IMG/VR virus record: IMGVR_UViG_2061766007_000330
Origin: a virus
Taxonomy: Duplodnaviria > Caudoviricetes
Length of the DNA: 64,000 nt
Reading direction: 5' to 3' (one strand)
This document shows positions 1 through 9,694 of the stretch, in pieces. The position numbers and the translations under genes are program-made. Below the pieces are notes generated by a model, which did not search any database, had not been told where the DNA came from, and saw only the letters and a program-made list of their open reading frames with translations. The number at the start of each line of letters is the position of its first letter. Within the stretch, counting starts at the first letter, position 1.

Positions 1-149
1 GAGTGCATCGCACCCCAATATCCTATTTTACAATCTTTTACTACCTTGACACGTATAAAATGATACTTAATGACATACGCGTTCATCTTATAACAAAACC
101 AATGTTTATTTAGTATAATTGGATTTATAAACTCCTGGGGAGATTATCC

Positions 150-326
150 ATGCGTGAACCTAAAATTCTTTCTAAGGACCAGATTTATACGCTGGTTACC
201 TTGACAGACATGATTACGACTGCGGTCAGACAGGTTGTTCCGAGCAACAACAGCCGTATCGAAACCATCGTCTTCGACAACTTGATGAAGGCGGCACGTG
301 AACGCTTAGCCGCAAAAGGAGAATAA
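150..326 (+). CDS. small hypothetical protein (58 aa, MREPKILSKDQ...AAKGE), not in the ORF track
   Basis: ATG at 150 after a GGGGAG RBS; open to TAA 324-326; its 3' end holds the AGGAG RBS of the next gene. Confidence 0.75.
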   Translation: MREPKILSKDQIYTLVTLTDMITTAVRQVVPSNNSRIETIVFDNLMKAARERLAAKGE

Positions 327-329
327 GCT

Positions 330-1874
330 ATGAATAACGATGCTGTCGAACTGCTGCTTATCAACAATCTCGGTACTGACGAAACGCCGAATATTGCGTT
401 TACAGATTCAACGGGTCTGGATGCAGATGTCCACACATTGACGATGGCTGATCCTCTGCCAAAAAATGCAGAGCTTAACGCCGAGTCTATCCATTCCATC
501 ATGAACAACTACGATTCTCTGAAAGAGGGGACTCATGTATTGTCTCGTTCTGTCAGTACAGAATCGTTCCAAAATGTCTCGAACGCTCTCGGTACGAAGA
601 TCTCGAACATCACGAAGACGATGCGCAATGTCAAGTCCTGTGTTGATTCGATTGTCAATGAAACCAAGCGTAATGTGGATCTCACAATGTCGCTGGATCC
701 TGTACTGATTCAGTTTGTTGACAAACCGTTTACAGATGTGACGCTTCCGCAGAGCCGTTGGGGTTATCTCGACAAGGTCAATGAGCGTGTTCTGGTGGAC
801 CAGATTAACGCCAAGCATCACCTTAATGAAGAGCATATCTCAAAGATCGGTATTGACTATATGCTGAACGATCTTCCACAGTCCAATCGCTACAACCATG
901 TGGACTTGTACGAAGTTGGTATTCCTGAGGAAAAGGCTGAGAAGATTGCTAACAAAGTTTTTCTGGCACTGAACAAGAAAGTCTCTCAGAAGCGTATTCG
1001 TCGCGTGTTGGCGACGACATTTGCTCTGAACGACTACCAGTGTTCTTCGTTCATTTCAAAACTGCGTTCCATGGAAAAGGACTTCCATAAGGCGATTACA
1101 ATCAACGCCGCCATGGAAGACATTTCCGATTATCTTGCGGTGCTGCCACTCCTGACAGAGGAGTTTACGGGGCTGGCAGCATCGTCTTATGCTGAACTGG
1201 ACAAGCACATTCAGATTCTTGCTGAGTACACGAAGGCTTATGCGTACATGTGCTCGTATTATCGGAATGATGTTTGGAAAGACGCTATTCTGCTGCCTGG
1301 TCGTATTGTGAATTCCGACAACTGGAAAGACTTTACGGAGAAAGGCGGAGACATGCTGACGATTCTGCGTCACTATGTGGCGTACTATCACAAGAACGAC
1401 AAAGTGTTGCCTCGCAATGGCGTGACCATGGATGAGGTGCTGCGCCAGAAAGACGTGTTGCAGAAGGAATTCGCACAGAAGTCCGTGGAAGCTCATGAGA
1501 ATATCGCCAAGCGTCGTGCTGCGATTCTTCGTGACCAGTTTGCCAATGCTGCTACGAATTGGATGGAGCGCAACCGTAAACACTTCTCCAAGGAGTTCCC
1601 TGCTCATGTGAACCTGAAGGATTATGCGCTGAACATCTATGACTATCAGCCGAACCAGCCTTTGGAGACCGCTGCGTACAACATTATTCTGAATACGTGT
1701 TATATGAACAATCCTGTGAACCGTCTGTACAAGACGATGACGAACATGTACGTTAAGCATGCGGCATCGACAGAAGGTTTCTCTACTGAGGACATGCACA
1801 TGATTGACGCAAATGTGATGTCCCGTATGATTATCGACATGCTCTTTGATTACGACATCATTAAAGTCGACTAA
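330..1874 (+). CDS. putative virion/head structural protein
   Basis: 514 aa ORF with RBS, candidate S-X-E processing sites (VSTES, ASTEG) and a following terminator. Confidence 0.55.
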   Translation: MNNDAVELLLINNLGTDETPNIAFTDSTGLDADVHTLTMADPLPKNAELNAESIHSIMNNYDSLKEGTHVLSRSVSTESFQNVSNALGTKISNITKTMRNVKSCVDSIVNETKRNVDLTMSLDPVLIQFVDKPFTDVTLPQSRWGYLDKVNERVLVDQINAKHHLNEEHISKIGIDYMLNDLPQSNRYNHVDLYEVGIPEEKAEKIANKVFLALNKKVSQKRIRRVLATTFALNDYQCSSFISKLRSMEKDFHKAITINAAMEDISDYLAVLPLLTEEFTGLAASSYAELDKHIQILAEYTKAYAYMCSYYRNDVWKDAILLPGRIVNSDNWKDFTEKGGDMLTILRHYVAYYHKNDKVLPRNGVTMDEVLRQKDVLQKEFAQKSVEAHENIAKRRAAILRDQFANAATNWMERNRKHFSKEFPAHVNLKDYALNIYDYQPNQPLETAAYNIILNTCYMNNPVNRLYKTMTNMYVKHAASTEGFSTEDMHMIDANVMSRMIIDMLFDYDIIKVD

Positions 1875-1900
1875 AGAAAAAAAATAAATAGATTGGTTGC

Positions 1901-1931
1901 GGCACTACTACGCTGGCTGCGTAGTAGTGCC
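1901..1931. terminator. intrinsic terminator hairpin between convergent genes
   Basis: 13-bp perfect stem GGCACTACTACGC/GCGTAGTAGTGCC. Confidence 0.8.
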
Positions 1932-1941
1932 TAAGTTTAGG

Positions 1942-2184
1942 TTACTTGGTTTCTTTTTCTTCGAGCAAATCTGCTGCGAGGTTGAACAGCCGTGTCATCG
2001 CGAGCAAGTCGCGATTATCACGATTACCGTTGGCCGCCTGTGAATTTGCTATGTCCATCGCTAATCTCAGTGCCGCTTTGGACGCGGCATTGAGGTAACA
2101 ATCGTGGACTTCTTCTTCCGTCATTGGCGTAGGAAGATCGCATTCTTTGACGTTTGCGGTGGTGGTGTTGAGGTTCTTCTTCAT
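1942..2184 (-). CDS. hypothetical protein (80 aa), probably early
   Basis: AGGAG RBS; TATATTCT motif upstream. Confidence 0.7.
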   Translation of the reverse strand: MKKNLNTTTANVKECDLPTPMTEEEVHDCYLNAASKAALRLAMDIANSQAANGNRDNRDLLAMTRLFNLAADLLEEKETK

Positions 2185-2235
2185 AATTGTTCTCCTTTAA
2201 AAGTTAAGGGTTAATAAATTTATTCACTCAAACAC

Positions 2236-2292
2236 TACCTTAGAATATATATTCAAAAAAAACACATCGACACCCCACCAGGAGTGTCGATG
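2236..2292 (-). promoter_or_regulatory. terminator plus early-promoter-like cassette (copy 1)
   Basis: hairpin CATCGACAC...GTGTCGATG with a T8 tract on the minus strand, followed by TATATTCT; near-identical copy at 60069-60128. Confidence 0.6.
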
Positions 2293-2303
2293 TACATGTG
2301 TGT

Positions 2304-3764
2304 TTATTTGAATTCTTTTCCGTCTAACAGGTTGATCAGTGGTCGGTCAGAATAGATGGTAACGCTGTTTTTACCTTCGACAAACGTACAGGTTACTTTA
2401 TTCTGAATGATGATTCGCAAATACTCATTCAGCAAAGGAGACAACGTCCGTTCGGAACCAGATTCCAGTATCGTCTCTTCGTACGGTACCGACAAGTCGA
2501 ACAGAGTTGTCCTAATAGAACCGTCGTTCAGGAAATACCAAAACGCCACAAGATTGTATTTATAGAAGAATCCTGTGTTATACATCATCGCAGGATCGTC
2601 TGTGTCGTCATTGACATAGTCGATTCGTATGATTCTAGCGTTCTCGTTTTCGCCAAGTGTAAACGATTCTTGTTTTGATTTCGATTCCAGAATAATCAGT
2701 TCCGACTGATGCCGATTGGCGTTTTTGACGTAATTGTACGTTGGGTCATCAGCATAGATTCTGTCGATGCAATCCATTGCCAATCCAACAGAAACCGCGC
2801 TTTCTTTGATTTCTGGTTTTGGAAATTCAAACGGAAACATTGAGCACATGAATCCAGATGCTTCCGGATGACCACCGCCACCATAACGCATCGCCAGTTC
2901 ATTGACATTGACAGACGGTTTGTCTTTCTTAGGAACAGAATAGATTGAGAATCGATATTGATTGTGCTTTGATGTCCACGAGAACGTAATCAACACATCA
3001 GTATTTGGATGCAAGTCTAACCAACTGTCAAACAAGGTAGAATTGAAACTATGAACATTAGCCACTGCTGCAATATAGCCTTCGAACGTCGTCTCGAAGA
3101 TTCGAGTCGTCGTGCATTTGTTGGCATAAAACTTCTTGTACAGAAGTACATATCGACCAACTGTAATAATCCGTTCAAGAATATCGTTCGACGAACTGTT
3201 TAACAGCTGAGTCCAGAAGAAGTCTGTCTTCTTTGACGGCATGATGTCCACCAGATTCAATCCGCTGGAAATGGCCATTGTCTCAGGATATTTAAACTGC
3301 CAATTATCATAGTCTGAAACGTATTTGACTATACTCGGAGCTTCTGCATCAATGCCTTGTTTATTGAACGCTCGCCATGTCAACATTGCCGCAGATGCGT
3401 CTTTGTCGCAGGCCGTATAGCACATCCGTTTTCCTGGAATAAACCATTCGTCTCCAAAGAGTTTATCCATGAGCGTAATGGAATTTGGATGATGATCAAT
3501 CCATATCAGCTTGAAGTGATTTGCCAACCATTCCATATCTGCAAAATCAAATTGGAAATCCGTGACGACGACAGCGGTTGTCGGTTCCTTGAACCATTCG
3601 CGTTTGTCGACTTTACGGCCATAATTGACAATCATCACTCTTGCGTTTGGATATGCCCACCGAACAATGGCCCCGCAGCATTTACCATCGTTGTCCACAT
3701 GTGTCAAAACAAGGATTTTGTCATCGTCGTTCAACACGCCATTTGCTTGAATTAATTTTTTCAT
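2304..3764 (-). CDS. DHH/DHHA1 family phosphoesterase
   Basis: motifs THVDNDG, VTDF, WIDHH and GGGGHPEASGF. Confidence 0.9.
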   Translation of the reverse strand: MKKLIQANGVLNDDDKILVLTHVDNDGKCCGAIVRWAYPNARVMIVNYGRKVDKREWFKEPTTAVVVTDFQFDFADMEWLANHFKLIWIDHHPNSITLMDKLFGDEWFIPGKRMCYTACDKDASAAMLTWRAFNKQGIDAEAPSIVKYVSDYDNWQFKYPETMAISSGLNLVDIMPSKKTDFFWTQLLNSSSNDILERIITVGRYVLLYKKFYANKCTTTRIFETTFEGYIAAVANVHSFNSTLFDSWLDLHPNTDVLITFSWTSKHNQYRFSIYSVPKKDKPSVNVNELAMRYGGGGHPEASGFMCSMFPFEFPKPEIKESAVSVGLAMDCIDRIYADDPTYNYVKNANRHQSELIILESKSKQESFTLGENENARIIRIDYVNDDTDDPAMMYNTGFFYKYNLVAFWYFLNDGSIRTTLFDLSVPYEETILESGSERTLSPLLNEYLRIIIQNKVTCTFVEGKNSVTIYSDRPLINLLDGKEFK

Positions 3765-3805
3765 AATAGATGTCTCCTTTTTGGGTTAAAGATTCATTAC
3801 ATGGA

Positions 3806-3813
3806 GTAATATA
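3806..3813 (-). promoter_or_regulatory. phiKZ-type early promoter motif TATATTAC
   Basis: exact TATATTAC on the minus strand about 40 nt upstream of the DHH gene. Confidence 0.6.
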
Positions 3814-3831
3814 TTTATCTTTTTTGACTGA

Positions 3832-3841
3832 CAATTTTATA
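3832..3841 (+). promoter_or_regulatory. recurrent CAATTTTATR motif (candidate middle/late promoter)
   Basis: same motif upstream of the genes at 28022, 32430 and 49182(-); variants at 56483 and 27865(-). Confidence 0.5.
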
Positions 3842-3926
3842 GCCTAAACTAGGCGTTCACTACGGATTTAGTGCAACGCCTTCCCTACGGGACGCCATTT
3901 CATTTTAAAAAAGGACATTAACCATT

Positions 3927-6900
3927 ATGGCAACTCATCAACAATCGAACCAGAGGGTGCGTCATGTCGTATGCACGCAGACAGAGTACGACGCACTGGT
4001 TTCGTCGAACGCAATAAATTCGGCGTATTTGTATTACATTACCGATAAAGCCTGTCTGTACAGAGGTTCCACCAAACTGTCGTTTAACAAAGAAATAGTC
4101 TCTGCTTCTGATTTGACAACCATCTCAAGTCCAAAGACAGAGACTCTTTATGTTTCTTCGGCGTCCAAGGCAGTTGGAATCTACCACGACAGTGCATGGG
4201 TTATCCTTTCCCCAGGGTATATTTCAACGATAGCCGACAATCAGGCAACGGCTAATAATGGCAAGCTCGTAACATCCAAGGCGGTTATTGATTACATTGC
4301 AACAAAGGTCCGTAAATTGACAGTGGTGAATGTGGATGATCCAACAACGTCCATTCAGTCACCAGTGGCCAACACGATTTATTTTTCTTCGACGACAAAT
4401 AAATCTGCGTTTTGGGACGGAACTTCATGGCTTGTTCTTCACGGAAAACATAGAGGGTTTGTCATTGTTGGTGCCAATGTAACATTCACTGAGAGTGGAT
4501 TATCCACAGCGGGACTGCTTTCTCCGGATACAGTGTATGCGCAACCGTCCACAAAGAAACTTGGGTATTACGACGCTTCCAGCAATTGGTATTTGCTGTC
4601 TGACGGTGGATCGAATTTAACGATTGTCTCGACAATCGGCAACGACACTGCCGATAGTGCCATTCCAAATGTCGGTGCAGTAAAAGACTACATTTTGAGT
4701 CTGCTGTACGATATTGGCGGACAGTATCAGGACGATTCACGTACGTTTATGGTCTATGATGGCGACACATCGGTTGAAGCCGATGAGTTAAAAAAAAAAC
4801 TAAACTGGACGTTTTATGAATCGGCGCAGAATCTCGATGATTATAACTACACGGATAACGGTGTAGTTGAAGTTGTTAAAACAGACGGTTATCGAGATGC
4901 TGGTTTAGCGAATCCGGTGGATACAGAACCAGCCAGAATATTTTACAATAATGAATTTGATAAACCGTTTTCACATCCGTTGGTCGATTCCGTTGCACGT
5001 CCGGCGGATGAATACGCACAGCTGACTCCGTTGTATGGAATTGATGACAACATCGCCGTAGCAACGGGAACACTTGATTATTCACAGACCGATTCGAGCA
5101 GTACCTATGCCGTCGAACGACGAAGCGCTCCATATGTACCAACTGACGTGTTGTATGCGTTTTATCGTGCCGGCTATCCGCTCACTTTTACGTTTTTGAC
5201 GACCTTTCTTTCGACGATTGACCACACCTTCGGCAACATCGACAATCTAGACAACAACGACTTGTATCATTCAAATAGTGCCGCAGCGTTGTCTGGAAAC
5301 ACCAACGAAATTTATGGTATTCATTTTCTGAATTTACCATTATTGCAGTCGGAATTTGTAGCTTTGTCTACAATGAATAATGACTTTTTACTACATAGGG
5401 GTCTTTTAGAGAATCAACACCATTTCATTCGGCATCCTGTCCCAAAATTCGCATTAAATAAGGAATCTGGTACACTATGCATTTATACAGAACGATTTAG
5501 CAACTCTGTTGGGTATAAAGAGGTTTCTTATGCAACTTCTGGTCGTATTCTGAATGAATCTCTATCTGACAGACAAGAGGCAATTGACGGTAGTCGAATA
5601 TATTTGAATCCTGGAAGTTACCCTGCCGAGAGTTCTATAAGTCAGTTATCTTCTATTGTGCCAGAATTAAATCGTCTTGGATTTAGTCTTGTAAATCACA
5701 CCGGTCTCGCATCGTCGTCACAATCGGTTTCAGATGGCGTTGTCAAGAACGCCATCATGATTTCTGTCGGCGAGCTTTATACGAATGATTGTTTTTGTGG
5801 AGCCGTTGGTTTGAATGTCGCTTACAAATCAGGAATCGTTGATGAGTTATTGGTGTTTCCAGGAGTCGACACTCGGTCGTCTGTGTCATGTATTGTTTTT
5901 TATCGGCGCCGCAAGATCAACCTTGACGTCGATGAATATATCACGTCACTGACCGGCGGCCCTGGTATTTGTGATGCGTCACCCAATACGGCGTCGACCA
6001 ACATAAACAATACAAATTCCAATATCTATTCCAACTCGAACTACGCATCGGGTGCACATCACAGTGGCTATTTGCTGACTAGCAAAAAGAAGCTCTATGG
6101 AAATTATACAAACTACTATGGAGGAGCCACCAAATCGTGGGATTTAATTGCATCAAACGTATCGCATTTAAGCGGATTTTCTGTAAGTAAATCTACTTAT
6201 GGTCCGAATTTGATGTTCACGCCGCGACGTGCGTTGATTATTACATCTACACCTGGAGAACATCCTGGTGAAGATCCAACGTTAGCCCTTGGGACAGTTG
6301 GTTATAATCGATATGTGACGACATCAGATTACACAGATATCAATAGCCAGACATATACTCGGTATGGTCGATTTGAAGTTGAAATGATGAATTTCAAAAA
6401 TGTCATCACTCGATTCAAATACTCAACGGTTGAACCGGTTGCGATTGCTGGATCGTCTGGTATTGGTTATCACGATTATCAATGTACGGTGACACAGGAT
6501 AGACGTGAGTGGAATCAGTGGATGTATGAGAACAATGGCGCCGGTTATCATCACGATTATCGTTGCAATTATAATACACGTTTTGGATATGGTGTTCGTA
6601 AAGTTGGTAGTTTGAATACGGAATTTTCTGCAGATAATGGTGATGATCCAGATCTCGAACCATATCAAACGGGAATTGGTGATGAATTTCGTGATTCCAG
6701 AACATTCCAAATGGTCGGATCCATCGCTCCTTCTATTTGTGGTGGGGTTCTGTTCAAAGTGACGTCTGGTAGCAACGTTGAATATTATCCAATTGCCATA
6801 GGACCCATTATTCGTGTAAAGGATTCTCCAAACGGAACACTGATGTTTCTTACAGGAAACGCACTGTTGGGTCGTTCATTATGTTGCCCAAATTACAACG

Positions 6901-7508
6901 ATATGAATGGGAGTTCTACAGGTAATTGCATTTACAAGAAACCTGTAACAATGACATCTCCAGACAACGGCGAATACTGGGAACCAGGACAACCGCTTTA
7001 TGTCTGCAACAGATTCATAGGTGCAAATGTGTCGTTCTATCGGCATCAGTATCATTCCGCTGCTGAATCTGGTAGTATCTATGCGTATCAAGCGACCGAC
7101 GAATCGTCGTTTATGTCTCGTATTTTCTTTAACGTTATCAACGGATCTGGTGAGAACATCCATCCGCAGTATCGGTCACAAGTCAGACACGACTTCTATA
7201 CAGACGACGAATTGACGCTGTATGATTATTTGACGTTGGACATCAGTGAATCTCATCCAGAAGACAACGCCCCGTATTACACTCGGACATACGGAACCAC
7301 GTTCTATTCGACAGAAGGTGCTTCGGATCCGTGTGTCTACGCACCATTTCAGATTATGAGACAAGCGATAGAATATGTCAACGAATTAAGTGTAAACAGT
7401 AATCTTGGACCTATTTCATTTAACGAAAGCAGTTACAACGAACTCCGCGTTGAGCGTTTCGAACTCGTGGCGCACAACAACTTTGCAATTATCTTTTCAT
7501 CTAAGTAA
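3927..7508 (+). CDS. long fibre / receptor-binding-like virion protein (1193 aa)
   Basis: N-terminal module TQTEYDAL...LYYITD...LYRG typical of phage fibres; three short internal repeats (TLYV/TIYF/TVYA...W); beta-rich S/T/N/G/Y body. Confidence 0.6.
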   Translation: MATHQQSNQRVRHVVCTQTEYDALVSSNAINSAYLYYITDKACLYRGSTKLSFNKEIVSASDLTTISSPKTETLYVSSASKAVGIYHDSAWVILSPGYISTIADNQATANNGKLVTSKAVIDYIATKVRKLTVVNVDDPTTSIQSPVANTIYFSSTTNKSAFWDGTSWLVLHGKHRGFVIVGANVTFTESGLSTAGLLSPDTVYAQPSTKKLGYYDASSNWYLLSDGGSNLTIVSTIGNDTADSAIPNVGAVKDYILSLLYDIGGQYQDDSRTFMVYDGDTSVEADELKKKLNWTFYESAQNLDDYNYTDNGVVEVVKTDGYRDAGLANPVDTEPARIFYNNEFDKPFSHPLVDSVARPADEYAQLTPLYGIDDNIAVATGTLDYSQTDSSSTYAVERRSAPYVPTDVLYAFYRAGYPLTFTFLTTFLSTIDHTFGNIDNLDNNDLYHSNSAAALSGNTNEIYGIHFLNLPLLQSEFVALSTMNNDFLLHRGLLENQHHFIRHPVPKFALNKESGTLCIYTERFSNSVGYKEVSYATSGRILNESLSDRQEAIDGSRIYLNPGSYPAESSISQLSSIVPELNRLGFSLVNHTGLASSSQSVSDGVVKNAIMISVGELYTNDCFCGAVGLNVAYKSGIVDELLVFPGVDTRSSVSCIVFYRRRKINLDVDEYITSLTGGPGICDASPNTASTNINNTNSNIYSNSNYASGAHHSGYLLTSKKKLYGNYTNYYGGATKSWDLIASNVSHLSGFSVSKSTYGPNLMFTPRRALIITSTPGEHPGEDPTLALGTVGYNRYVTTSDYTDINSQTYTRYGRFEVEMMNFKNVITRFKYSTVEPVAIAGSSGIGYHDYQCTVTQDRREWNQWMYENNGAGYHHDYRCNYNTRFGYGVRKVGSLNTEFSADNGDDPDLEPYQTGIGDEFRDSRTFQMVGSIAPSICGGVLFKVTSGSNVEYYPIAIGPIIRVKDSPNGTLMFLTGNALLGRSLCCPNYNDMNGSSTGNCIYKKPVTMTSPDNGEYWEPGQPLYVCNRFIGANVSFYRHQYHSAAESGSIYAYQATDESSFMSRIFFNVINGSGENIHPQYRSQVRHDFYTDDELTLYDYLTLDISESHPEDNAPYYTRTYGTTFYSTEGASDPCVYAPFQIMRQAIEYVNELSVNSNLGPISFNESSYNELRVERFELVAHNNFAIIFSSK

Positions 7509-7516
7509 CCACACCC

Positions 7517-9619
7517 ATGTTTAACAAGAAAACCAGAGACTTTTTGAGAGAATGGCATCAAAAACACGAAGCGGGCAGGTCAGAGACGACGGAAACTGTC
7601 GAAGAACCGAAGACACCGGAACAGTCGGTTCAGACGCCACCGTCAGCGTCGGTTCCTACACCTCCTCCACCAGAGCCTGTGGTTGAGCCGACACACTCTG
7701 ATCCAAAACCAGTGATTAAAGACGTGGCTCCCAAGCCGAAGAAGCCTGAGATTCCACCGTCTCCGTTTTATTACATGCCGAAGCCGAAGGCGTCGCAACT
7801 AGCCGTCATAAAACGTATGGATGAAATGAAAGACAATTCGCCAGAACATTTTTTTTGTCCGTCGTACGAATTCAAGAATGACATGGTAGCAGACTTAGCT
7901 GTCATTATGGTTGTCTGGGGTAACAACGACCTCCAAATCAAGGCAACTGAAAAGGCGTTAAGTTATTTGTCGTTGATGACACCAGGTCCTGGCGTCTTTG
8001 TGTTTCTTGAAGCACAAGTCGATGGAAAACCACGTTACAAGTCGCTAGTTAATTCAATAAACTCGTCGTCGGTTGAGTACCTGTTCGACAAGATTTCTGA
8101 AGAAAATTCGTTGTATTTTCTAAAGGAATCTATGATGAATAAGGCTGTTTCTTTTGTTCAAAAAAATTATCCGAATATAACAAAACTTCTGTTTATGGAT
8201 TCGGATGTCTATTATCCGAACGCGTCGGCGTTCCAGCATATTTCTTACGACTTGGAACATGCGGAAGTTCTGTCTCCGTATTACAAAGCTGTGTATGTTG
8301 GAAACAATGACCAGTCTGCTAATTTCAAATCGCCCCTGGCAGTTGAATATGTGACGTCTTACTACAGAAATAAGAAAGTTACTATTGGGCATGATAGTTA
8401 TTTCGCAGGGTTGGCGACAGCGATGACCATGTCATTCTATAACCGTATGAACGGGATTGATGTTGTGGCTTGTGTGTCTGGAGACAAATGGCTTTGGACA
8501 CGGATATTTGGCAATGATCTGTTTGGTCAGAAACCATATCAGCAGCCAAATCAAATATGTTTACCGGTGAAGAAAGGCTTAGATCCAAAACCGAAGATTG
8601 GATATTCACACGAGGCAATAATTCATTGTTACCATGGAGACATGTCCAATCGGAACTATCGTCTGAAGCTTTATTTGGATAAATTGTCGAAATCGTATCC
8701 AAACGAATCGTTGGTTTTAGACGACAACGGTTATCCTGTCACAAGAGACACGGACGCAGGAAAGGTAATCAAAGCCGCATTCACTCGACTTAAAACTTCA
8801 AATATTTATGAAAATCGTCATCAACAGGAGTATAATCTCCAGACCGTGAGGTCTTTGTACAACCGTTGTGCAGATGAAGTTTATGGTCCTATAAACGACG
8901 AGAATCCTTTAGTGGTTTGCACGGTGCTTCGAAAAGGAGGTCCGTATGACGAGCGTCATATCAAAGCGCTCTATGACGGAATGAAGGAGTATTGTCTTAC
9001 GCCGTTTAGGTTCGTGTGCATTACAGATTTGGACATCAATGTTGACGGTATTGAAGTTGTGCCGTTTATGACAACGACTCGACAGATGCCGTACTATTAC
9101 AGTCAGCTGGAATGCTATCGTCCTGACTTATGGGATCCGAAGACAACATCTGTGTTTTGCATCGATATTGACGTGGTGCCTGTTCGTCCATTCACATTAC
9201 ATCAGTGCCCTAGAGGTACGGTGTTTATGCTTCCAGAGATGGATAGCATGTGGCAGTACAGTGGCTCGACTGTCCTTTGGAATGGTGGAACCGTCTATTA
9301 TCGAGGAGATTATTCGTTCATAATCGACGCCTTCATGATGCAGTCTTCTGATGGTAACGTGAGGAGTCCGTACATCACACATGTGTCATCTCAAGAAGTT
9401 GCTGCTGGTTATTTGTATGCTAGCGGTATTCCAATTGGTGACATTCGGTGTCATGTTCCTTTGGAGCTCTATAATCCAAAGGAAAAGCCTGAAGACATCG
9501 CATTGGTTCATTTTCCTGGGAATCCAAAACCTTGGAATTTGTCAGAAAAGGACATGCCGGTGTGGATGCCAGAACGTATAAAGGAATTAGGCTCCTTTAA
9601 AAAAGCCTATGAAGCCTGA
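7517..9619 (+). CDS. two-domain glycosyltransferase (GT-A N-domain plus GT8-like C-domain) with Pro-rich N-terminus
   Basis: KES..N, FMDSD, HCYHG..NRNY; C-domain GGPY, FVCITD, DIDVV, WNGG, VHFPGNPKPW. Confidence 0.8.
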   Translation: MFNKKTRDFLREWHQKHEAGRSETTETVEEPKTPEQSVQTPPSASVPTPPPPEPVVEPTHSDPKPVIKDVAPKPKKPEIPPSPFYYMPKPKASQLAVIKRMDEMKDNSPEHFFCPSYEFKNDMVADLAVIMVVWGNNDLQIKATEKALSYLSLMTPGPGVFVFLEAQVDGKPRYKSLVNSINSSSVEYLFDKISEENSLYFLKESMMNKAVSFVQKNYPNITKLLFMDSDVYYPNASAFQHISYDLEHAEVLSPYYKAVYVGNNDQSANFKSPLAVEYVTSYYRNKKVTIGHDSYFAGLATAMTMSFYNRMNGIDVVACVSGDKWLWTRIFGNDLFGQKPYQQPNQICLPVKKGLDPKPKIGYSHEAIIHCYHGDMSNRNYRLKLYLDKLSKSYPNESLVLDDNGYPVTRDTDAGKVIKAAFTRLKTSNIYENRHQQEYNLQTVRSLYNRCADEVYGPINDENPLVVCTVLRKGGPYDERHIKALYDGMKEYCLTPFRFVCITDLDINVDGIEVVPFMTTTRQMPYYYSQLECYRPDLWDPKTTSVFCIDIDVVPVRPFTLHQCPRGTVFMLPEMDSMWQYSGSTVLWNGGTVYYRGDYSFIIDAFMMQSSDGNVRSPYITHVSSQEVAAGYLYASGIPIGDIRCHVPLELYNPKEKPEDIALVHFPGNPKPWNLSEKDMPVWMPERIKELGSFKKAYEA

Positions 9620-9694
9620 ATCGGTTATGCCATTATATACCGACACACGGTTGTTTTGTACAAAATTAACTAAGACAAAAAGGAAATTAAAACT

